Assembly: GCA_963626675.1 (NCBI GenBank)
Contig: CAVFXW010000001.1
Location: 8,232 to 72,231, forward strand
Direction of reading: 5' to 3'
From: Clostridium sp. CAG:452
GTDB lineage: Bacteria; Spirochaetota; Spirochaetia; Sphaerochaetales; Sphaerochaetaceae
Length of the DNA stretch: 64,000 nucleotides
The notes beneath the pieces are model-generated. The model was given only the letters and a program-made list of their open reading frames with translations, had not been told where the DNA came from and made no database searches. Of this stretch, positions 46,170 through 53,578 are shown one piece after another; the first letter of the stretch is position 1; every line of letters starts with the position of its first letter. The position numbers and the translations under genes are program-made.

Positions 46170-48187
46170 AACTCAAGCTCTTACCCAAATTCATAATTTC
46201 ACTATGTGTTGTAGGTCTCGTTTTTATAGTGAGTGTCTCTCTTTTCGGTTATCTTACATCTAAAAGATATCTTGAGGAACTTTATGCAGAGCGTGTAATG
46301 ACGAACAGTAATACGATTGCTTCTCTTCTCGATAAAGAGGCTGTAAAGACTATCATTAGTGAAGGCGGGGAGAATACACAAGAGTACAAGACTATGTACA
46401 ATCTTTTCCAAGCCCTTAAAAAGGATGGTGATATTACATATCTATCTCTTGTTGTTCCCGGCAAGGACAGTGTTACATTTTACATAGATGCATTCGTTCC
46501 CGAGATGGGAGATAAAGAATCGGCTTTTCTTCCTTATGGGGCTGAGATTTTCTATAGAGATGCTGCCAATCCAGATGATCCTAACGACCTCGAGAAATAC
46601 TATGAGATATGGAATGCATATAAATTAAATAAAGGTCTCGATAAGCCACTTGTGACGGACAATAAGTATGGTTATAACTACACCGGCATTTCCGTTGTGC
46701 TCGATGAAAATGGAAAGGCCATTGCTGAGGTTCAATATATTCTGGACATGAGCGAGGTGAGATCATACCTCTTCTCATTCCTCAATAACATGATTTTGAT
46801 CTCATTTATAATAAGCGCCGTAACAATGGCTGCATACATTTTCTTTGTAAGAAAGATGGTAACTTTCCCTATTGGAAAGCTGACGAGTTTTACAGAGGAA
46901 ATAACAAAGACGAAAGATTTCGAGAATCAGAAAATAGAGATTAATACGGGGGATGAAATAGAGGCGCTCTCTTCTTCGTTTAATTTCATGCTTTTAGAGC
47001 TTGAAGAATATATAAAGAACCTTTCGATAGTTACACGAGAGAAGGAGAGGATAGGAACGGAACTTGATGTTGCACGTCATATACAGAGGAGCATGCTTCC
47101 GCACGCGATCCCTACATTACCTTGCCTCAATAAAATCGATATATATGCCACAATGACGAGTGCAAAGGAGGTCGGCGGCGACTTCTATGACTATTTTCTC
47201 ATCGATGATGATCACCTTGCCCTAGTTATGGCCGATGTTTCGGGTAAAGGAGTACCGGCTGCTCTCTTTATGGCGATAAGTAAGAGTCTTATTAAATCTG
47301 CTCTACAGAGCACCTTAAGTCCAAAAGAGGTATTAGAGAAGGTTAATAACCAGCTTTGTGAGAACAATGATGCAGGGATGTTTGTTACTGTATGGCTCGG
47401 TATACTCGATATAAAAAGTGGCGTTATGAAATGTGCCAACGCAGGACACGAGTTCCCCGTAGTTAAGCGCAATAACGGAAAATGGGAGCTCTATAAGGAT
47501 AAACACGGCTTTGTTCTTGCGGGCATGGAGGCATCGAAATACGTAGAGTATGAACTTAAATTCGATAAAGGCGATAAGCTCTTTGTCTATACCGACGGTG
47601 TTCCCGAGGCAACTGATGGTAACCTCGTCCTCTACGGGACAAAGAGAATGATAGACGCTCTCGATAGAACAGAGGGCCTATCTAGTCGTGAGAGCCTTGA
47701 GTATATTCAGAGTGACGTAAACAATTTTGTTGGCCATGTGGATCAATTTGATGATATAACAATGATGATGCTTGAGATAAAAGATTGTCCTCTTATAAAG
47801 GAGATTACCGTTACTCCGACACCAAAGTGTGTAGAGAGTGTCACATCATTTATTGAGGATATCCTATCTGATAGCGGGGCGCCATTTAAGACGATAGCAC
47901 AGGTGAATGTTGCAATAGACGAAATATTATCGAATATAATCTCTTACAGCGGGGCTGAAAAAGTGACTGTCAAATGTGCTTCTTCTCTCAGTGAGATAAA
48001 GATTGAGTTTTCAGATGATGGTAAACCATATGATCCGACTTCTTCTCCCGATCCTGATACCTCACTATCGGTGGAAGAGAGGAAGCTTGGAGGATTGGGT
48101 ATATTAATGGTTAAAAAGATAATGGACGATATAACATACATGTATAAGGAAAATAAGAACATCCTATCAATCAAGAAGGGCTGGTAA
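46166..48187 (+). CDS. Sensor PP2C (SpoIIE-type) phosphatase: TM - extracytoplasmic Cache-like domain - TM - HAMP - PP2C - C-terminal RsbW-like kinase domain
   Basis: Two TM segments flank about 170 aa. HAMP-like PIGKLTSFTEEI...IEALSSSFNFMLLEL. PP2C motifs EVGGDFYDY, LVMADVSGKGVPAALFM, YTDGVPEA and FDDITMMMLE. The kinase part has DEILSNII (N box), FSDDGKPYDP (G1) and GGLGILMVKK (G2). Confidence 0.85.
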   Translation: MKLKLLPKFIISLCVVGLVFIVSVSLFGYLTSKRYLEELYAERVMTNSNTIASLLDKEAVKTIISEGGENTQEYKTMYNLFQALKKDGDITYLSLVVPGKDSVTFYIDAFVPEMGDKESAFLPYGAEIFYRDAANPDDPNDLEKYYEIWNAYKLNKGLDKPLVTDNKYGYNYTGISVVLDENGKAIAEVQYILDMSEVRSYLFSFLNNMILISFIISAVTMAAYIFFVRKMVTFPIGKLTSFTEEITKTKDFENQKIEINTGDEIEALSSSFNFMLLELEEYIKNLSIVTREKERIGTELDVARHIQRSMLPHAIPTLPCLNKIDIYATMTSAKEVGGDFYDYFLIDDDHLALVMADVSGKGVPAALFMAISKSLIKSALQSTLSPKEVLEKVNNQLCENNDAGMFVTVWLGILDIKSGVMKCANAGHEFPVVKRNNGKWELYKDKHGFVLAGMEASKYVEYELKFDKGDKLFVYTDGVPEATDGNLVLYGTKRMIDALDRTEGLSSRESLEYIQSDVNNFVGHVDQFDDITMMMLEIKDCPLIKEITVTPTPKCVESVTSFIEDILSDSGAPFKTIAQVNVAIDEILSNIISYSGAEKVTVKCASSLSEIKIEFSDDGKPYDPTSSPDPDTSLSVEERKLGGLGILMVKKIMDDITYMYKENKNILSIKKGW

Positions 48188-48190
48188 AAG

Positions 48191-48661
48191 ATGAATGAAA
48201 ATCTGTTTCGTAAATCAAGTGTTGACAGGGTAAATTCCCCCGAAGAGCTCAATGACTACATCCGTGTCGCTTCTCCAAGCGTATGGCTTATTCTTTCTGC
48301 TATAGTTGCATTCCTCGTTGGAGTTGTAATCTGGGGAATATGGGGAAATATAGAGGTGACAGTAAAGGCCCCTGTAGTAGTAAAGGATGGTGTAGTGACT
48401 TGCTACGTAGATGATGTTTCATCTCTTGAGGAGGCCCTGGACGTTCGTATTGACGGAAAAATTGGCAGTATAAAGAGTATAAAGCGAACGCCGGTTGAGA
48501 TCACAGATGACTATGACCCGTATTTTCTTTATATCTCATCGTACTCGTCGGGATCATTTGCCTATCCAGTCACCGTTGAAATAAGTGGGCTTGAAGACGG
48601 AGTATACAGCTCGGAGATTGTGAAAGAGAGAATCAATCCAATCTACTTTATCATCCATTAG
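48191..48661 (+). CDS. Miniature HlyD-type (NHLM bacteriocin-system secretion protein-like) membrane-anchored protein
   Basis: LFRKSSVDRVNSPEELNDYIRVASPSVWLILSAIVAFLVGVVIWGIWGNIEV matches the characteristic N-terminus of NHLM/NHLP-system HlyD proteins. Only 156 aa. It starts 3 nt after the PP2C stop, and the next gene follows 9 nt later. Confidence 0.6.
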   Translation: MNENLFRKSSVDRVNSPEELNDYIRVASPSVWLILSAIVAFLVGVVIWGIWGNIEVTVKAPVVVKDGVVTCYVDDVSSLEEALDVRIDGKIGSIKSIKRTPVEITDDYDPYFLYISSYSSGSFAYPVTVEISGLEDGVYSSEIVKERINPIYFIIH

Positions 48662-48670
48662 GGGGAGATT

Positions 48671-50854
48671 ATGGAAAAGAAGAAGAGGTCTGCTCCTCCT
48701 ATAAAGGGTGGCGTTGCCAAAGTTCCTGTAGTTATACAGTTGGAGGCATTGGAATGTGGAGCTGCCGCTCTTACGATGATTCTTGAGTATTACGGTAAGT
48801 GGATTCCTCTTGAGAAGGTTCGTGCAGACTGTGGTGTCTCTAGAGACGGTTCGAATGCAAAGAATATTCTCAAGGCGGCACGCTCCTATGGCTTAAAAGC
48901 GAAAGGCTATAGATATGAGCCGGAAAAGCTAAAGGAGGATGGCGTCTTTCCGTGTATAATACACTGGAACTTTAATCATTTCGTGGTTTTATGTGGTTTT
49001 AAGGGAAATAAGGCCGTTATAAATGATCCTGCAAAGGGAACATACTCTGTTTCGTTTGAGACATTCGATAAATCATTTACCGGAATATGTCTCATGATGG
49101 AGCCTGGAGAGGATTTTGTCCCTGAGGGAAAAAAGAAGAGTGTAGCTTCATTTATAAAGAAAAAACTCAAGGGTACTGGTAGTTCATTCTCTCTCGTTGT
49201 CATTACGACTTTCATCTCATTTCTTATCGGCATCATAACGCCCGGATTTTCGAATGTCTTTGCAGATTATCTCCTCTCTGGAAAGAATATGGAATGGTTC
49301 ATGCCTTTCATGTACGGTATAACTGCAATATCGATCATACAGATAATAGTTGGGATAATACAGTCGGTGTATACTCTCAAGGTTAACGGAAAGATAGCGA
49401 TAGTCGCAAACAGCGAGTACATGTGGCATGTTCTGCGTCTTCCTATGGAGTTTTTCTCTGTTCGTATGGCCGGGGATATACAGGCGCGTCGGAGCCAGAA
49501 CGAGTCGATCGCTGGGACTATAATTAATACTTTTGCCCCTCTTTCAATTGAGGCTTTCATGCTTTTCTTCTACCTATTTGTAATGCTGAGGTATAGTATA
49601 GTATTGTCGTTTGTTGGGATTCTTTCGGTATTTTTAAATATGGCGGTGAGCTCATATATATCGAAAAAGAGAGTCAATTCCACTCGTGTTGCAAGTAGAG
49701 ATAACGGCAAGTTATATGGTGCGACGGTTGCGGGAATCGAGATGATAGAGTCGATTAAGTCCACTGGAGGAGAGAACGGTTTCTTCGAGAAGTGGTCGGG
49801 TTATCAGGCGAGTGTAAACTCCGGACAGGTGAAATGCACACGTCTTAATGCACTCTTTGGTCTCATACCTTCTCTAATAAGCATGCTTACCAATAATATA
49901 GTCCTATTGGGGGGTGTCTATCTCTGTCAGAATGGCGCATGGACAGTCGGTATGATAAGTGCGTTCTCCGGCTTTCTTTCCTCCTTTCTCTCTCCAGCAA
50001 TGCTCTTTGTCTCGGCATCGCAATCTCTTTTGGAGATGCGTACGAGTATGGAGAGGATTGAGGATGTTATGGAATATAAGACCGATATCCCGTACGCACT
50101 AGAAGGTGTAAAGGACGATGTAGAATACGATAAACTCAGCGGCAAAATAGAGCTTAGGAATGTTACATTCGGCTACTCACGTCTTGGAGAACCTCTTATT
50201 AAAGATTTCTCTATGACGCTTGAGAGAGGTCAGACTGTGGCCTTTGTTGGGCCATCTGGCTCGGGAAAATCGACATTGGGTAAGTTGATATCTGGGCTAT
50301 ATAAACCTTGGAGTGGAGAGATTCTCTTCGATGGAAAGCCTATAAGTGAAATAAACCATTCGGTATTCACCGGCTCAGTTAGCGTTGTGGATCAAGATAT
50401 TACGCTCTTTGAGGATACAATCGCCAATAATATAAAGATGTGGGACGACTCGATAGAGGACTTTGAAATGATACTTGCTGCAAGGGACGCCCAGATCCAC
50501 AGCGATATAATGCTTAGAGATGGAGGATACTCATATAAACTAATGGAGGGAGGAAAGGATCTATCGGGCGGACAGAGACAGAGGCTTGAGATAGCACGAG
50601 TACTAGCAGAAGATCCAACAATTATCATCATGGATGAGGCAACAAGTGCCTTAGATGCAAAGACGGAGTATTGTGTTGTCTCGTCAATTAGAAATAGAGG
50701 TATAACGACCATTGTTATCGCTCATAGACTCAGCACAATCAGGGATGCTGATGAAATCATCGTTCTCGACAACGGATTAGTTGTGGAGAGGGGAACTCAT
50801 GATGCTCTCTATAAGAAGGGCGGAGTTTATACTTCGCTCGTTTCCAACGAGTAA
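48671..50854 (+). CDS. Bacteriocin-processing ABC exporter with N-terminal C39 cysteine peptidase domain (NHLM ABC1-like)
   Basis: C39 catalytic residues in QLEALECGAAAL (Cys29), WNFNHFVVL (His) and INDPAKG (Asp). Six TM helices. Walker [10 protein letters not shown], signature LSGGQRQR, Walker B IIIMDEATSALD. Confidence 0.9.
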   Translation: MEKKKRSAPPIKGGVAKVPVVIQLEALECGAAALTMILEYYGKWIPLEKVRADCGVSRDGSNAKNILKAARSYGLKAKGYRYEPEKLKEDGVFPCIIHWNFNHFVVLCGFKGNKAVINDPAKGTYSVSFETFDKSFTGICLMMEPGEDFVPEGKKKSVASFIKKKLKGTGSSFSLVVITTFISFLIGIITPGFSNVFADYLLSGKNMEWFMPFMYGITAISIIQIIVGIIQSVYTLKVNGKIAIVANSEYMWHVLRLPMEFFSVRMAGDIQARRSQNESIAGTIINTFAPLSIEAFMLFFYLFVMLRYSIVLSFVGILSVFLNMAVSSYISKKRVNSTRVASRDNGKLYGATVAGIEMIESIKSTGGENGFFEKWSGYQASVNSGQVKCTRLNALFGLIPSLISMLTNNIVLLGGVYLCQNGAWTVGMISAFSGFLSSFLSPAMLFVSASQSLLEMRTSMERIEDVMEYKTDIPYALEGVKDDVEYDKLSGKIELRNVTFGYSRLGEPLIKDFSMTLERGQTVAFVGPSGSGKSTLGKLISGLYKPWSGEILFDGKPISEINHSVFTGSVSVVDQDITLFEDTIANNIKMWDDSIEDFEMILAARDAQIHSDIMLRDGGYSYKLMEGGKDLSGGQRQRLEIARVLAEDPTIIIMDEATSALDAKTEYCVVSSIRNRGITTIVIAHRLSTIRDADEIIVLDNGLVVERGTHDALYKKGGVYTSLVSNE

Positions 50855-50865
50855 GGAAGGATACT

Positions 50866-53049
50866 ATGGGTTGGTTTGATGAACAGATAAGAGAACGTAT
50901 ACAAAAAGATGATGATAACTTCGCAGATGCATTTGCTTCTCTTGCTTCTCTTGTTATGGGAAAGCGTATAACAAGGGCCTTGAATGAGGCTAAGTTTCAG
51001 ACGAAGTCCGCAATCGAGGAAATATTGAAATATTACCATATAAAGGCAGTTGAACTTCCCGATTGTGTGAAGGATGTAAACGATCAGCTTGAGTATTTAT
51101 TGCGTCCGAGCGGCATTATGAGACGGACGGTGAGCCTCAGCGACGGGTGGTATAAAGACGCTATAGGCGCGATGCTGGGCTCTCTTAAATCTGACGGCAC
51201 TCCTATTGCGCTTCTTCCCCATGGAACAAATGGATATAGGTATTTCGACAGCAGAAAAAAGAAGTGGGTGCGTGTTAATAAGGAAAGCGCCAAGGAGATA
51301 GATAGTGAAGCTATATGCTTTTACAAACCTTTTCCAATGAAAAAACTCGGCGTCAAGGATCTCCTCTTATACATAGTGGGATTGATGAATATTTCAGATT
51401 ATGTGGCTTTGTGTCTCATAACACTTGCTGTTTCCTTAGTCGGTCTTTTTACTCCGAAAATCCAAAGGCTTATTTACGGACCTGTGATAGAAGGCGGTAG
51501 CGCTGAGCTTCTATTTGCCGTATTCGGCTTCCTCATTTCAATCAGTGTTTCTCAGCTTCTTATCTCTTCTACGCGCTCTCTTATCATGGGAAGGCTATCG
51601 ACTAAAATGAATACAAGTGTGCAAGCAGCTGGGATGATAAGGTTACTCTCCCTTCCTGCGCAGTTCTTTAAGGACTACTCTGCCGGAGAGCTCTCGTCTC
51701 GTATGAATGCACTCAACTCTTTGTGCTCAGTGCTTGTAAGTACGATTTTTACGACAGGGCTCTCAAGTCTCTTTTCACTTATTTATATAACCCAGATGGT
51801 CCAATACGGGCCGCATTTGGTCATTCCGGGACTAATTGTCATTCTTGTAACTGTAATTTTCTCGCTTATTACTACGTTGGTTCAACTTAGGGTGAGTGAA
51901 AAGCAGCTTCTCCTCTCTGCTTCGGAGTCTGGGCTTGAGTATTCACTAATTACGGGAGTGCAGAAGATAAAACTCAGCGGGGCAGAGAAGAGAGCTTTTG
52001 CTAAATGGGCCGAGGCTTACACGGCAGAAGCGAGAGAGGAGTATGATCCACCGTTTTTCTTAAAGCTTAGCGGAGTATTTTCATCATGCATATCACTTGT
52101 AGGAACGATTGTAATATATTTCTTTACCATAAAGACTAATGTAAGTCTTGCGGATTATTATGCATTTAACAGTGCTTATGGCGCGGTGATGGGGGCATTT
52201 ACATCCCTTGTATCATTGTCAACAACGGCTGCAAGAATCAGACCACTGTTAAATATGGTGAAGCCTATAATCGAGACTGTACCTGAGACAGCACAGTCAA
52301 AAAGGGTGGTTACAAGACTTTCTGGTGCGATAGAACTTAACAATGTCTCTTTCCGTTACACCCCCGATGGGCCACTTATTCTTGACGATCTTTCACTTAA
52401 GATAAGGCCGGGACAGTATACTGCGATAGTAGGTGCAACAGGATGTGGTAAGTCGACTCTTATGCGTCTCATGCTTGGCTTTGAGACTCCGCAGAAGGGT
52501 GCCATCTACTACGATGGGATGGATCTTGCTTCTCTTGATCTCAAGTCATTAAGACGGAAAATCGGATCTGTAATGCAGAATGGGAAGCTCTTTCAAGGCG
52601 ATATCTACTCAAACATAGTAATAACAGCTCCATCTCTCGGCCTGGAGGAGGCATGGATAGCTGCAGAGAAAGCAGGGATTAAGGAAGATATAGAGAGAAT
52701 GCCGATGGGGATGCATACAATCATCAGCGAAGGAACGGGAGGTATTTCCGGTGGACAAAGACAGAGGATTATGATAGCCCGTGCAATAGCACCCAAGCCG
52801 AGGATTCTCATGTTTGATGAAGCGACAAGTGCACTCGACAATATTACACAGAAGATAGTTTCTGATTCACTTTCAAAGCTCAAGTGTACACGCATTGTAA
52901 TTGCACACCGTCTCTCAACAATAAAGGAATGTGACAGAATTATAGTATTGGACAAAGGTAAAATAGTTGAAGATGGAAAATATGATGAGCTGATTGCTAA
53001 AAATGGATATTTTGCATCTCTTGTTTCAAGACAGCGACTTGACGGATAA
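50866..53049 (+). CDS. Second ABC exporter with non-catalytic N-terminal peptidase-like domain (NHLM ABC2-like)
   Basis: N-terminal ~160 aa lack a catalytic Cys. PIALLPHGTNGYRYFD...EAICFYKPFP pattern as in NHLM-system ATP-binding proteins. Walker A GATGCGKST, ISGGQRQR, ILMFDEATSALD. Confidence 0.85.
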   Translation: MGWFDEQIRERIQKDDDNFADAFASLASLVMGKRITRALNEAKFQTKSAIEEILKYYHIKAVELPDCVKDVNDQLEYLLRPSGIMRRTVSLSDGWYKDAIGAMLGSLKSDGTPIALLPHGTNGYRYFDSRKKKWVRVNKESAKEIDSEAICFYKPFPMKKLGVKDLLLYIVGLMNISDYVALCLITLAVSLVGLFTPKIQRLIYGPVIEGGSAELLFAVFGFLISISVSQLLISSTRSLIMGRLSTKMNTSVQAAGMIRLLSLPAQFFKDYSAGELSSRMNALNSLCSVLVSTIFTTGLSSLFSLIYITQMVQYGPHLVIPGLIVILVTVIFSLITTLVQLRVSEKQLLLSASESGLEYSLITGVQKIKLSGAEKRAFAKWAEAYTAEAREEYDPPFFLKLSGVFSSCISLVGTIVIYFFTIKTNVSLADYYAFNSAYGAVMGAFTSLVSLSTTAARIRPLLNMVKPIIETVPETAQSKRVVTRLSGAIELNNVSFRYTPDGPLILDDLSLKIRPGQYTAIVGATGCGKSTLMRLMLGFETPQKGAIYYDGMDLASLDLKSLRRKIGSVMQNGKLFQGDIYSNIVITAPSLGLEEAWIAAEKAGIKEDIERMPMGMHTIISEGTGGISGGQRQRIMIARAIAPKPRILMFDEATSALDNITQKIVSDSLSKLKCTRIVIAHRLSTIKECDRIIVLDKGKIVEDGKYDELIAKNGYFASLVSRQRLDG

Positions 53050-53101
53050 TTCTCTTACAATACGGGAAATTATGCGTAATAATAATTAAAAGGATGAAAG
53101 A

Positions 53102-53533
53102 ATGAATAATTTAGAAAATGATTTTATTGAAAAAGTAAAGAATGCGAGAAGTGTTGATGATATCATAAATATTGCACACGAGAATGGAATTGAAATTAGA
53201 AGAGAGCAGGCACAGTTCTATTTTAACAATATGAAACAAGGCGAACTAACAGATGATGAGATATCATCTGTCTCAGGAGGCGGTTGTAGTAGCAGTAGAA
53301 GTTCCGTATCCTCATCAAAGAGCGATTTACGCCTCGGTACAGTCGTCACTCTTAAAAACAACGGACATACGTTCTCCTCTTCTGCTGCTTCGACAATTTG
53401 TAGTAACCCGAATTGTGGAAGCAACACGTTTTATATTTTGAGAAAAATAAGCGGCACTGATTATTATCTAATGGAATGTACCAAATGTAAGTGGACCTAT
53501 AATGCTTTAAGAGACAATATAACTGCTATTTAA
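53102..53533 (+). CDS. RiPP/bacteriocin precursor with Nif11-type leader and double-glycine cleavage motif; 83-aa Ser-rich, Cys-containing core
   Basis: The leader is MNNLENDFIEKVKNARSVDDIINIAHENGIEIRREQ...GELTDDEISSVSGG (Nif11 pattern F.EKVK....S.....IA.E.G.EI, then ELTDDE..SVSGG). The core has Cys at residues 62, 100, 105, 126 and 129. It sits between the exporter and an rSAM/SPASM gene. Confidence 0.8.
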   Translation: MNNLENDFIEKVKNARSVDDIINIAHENGIEIRREQAQFYFNNMKQGELTDDEISSVSGGGCSSSRSSVSSSKSDLRLGTVVTLKNNGHTFSSSAASTICSNPNCGSNTFYILRKISGTDYYLMECTKCKWTYNALRDNITAI

Positions 53534-53578
53534 TAGGGTTATCCTCTTTTCAAGAGCCACTCTTGCCGAGAAAGAATA

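Noticed and set aside
53050-53101. Possible internal promoter for the precursor gene (CTTACA - 17 nt - TAATAA)
   Set aside because: Both hexamers match the consensus poorly (about 4/6 and 3/6). That is too weak to call without transcript data.
53218-53441. Two alternative-frame ORFs (53218-53427 minus, 53253-53441 plus) overlapping the RiPP precursor
   Set aside because: The Nif11 leader, the GG motif and the SD before 53102 identify the real frame. The alternatives have no start context and are repetitive because of the Ser-codon tract.
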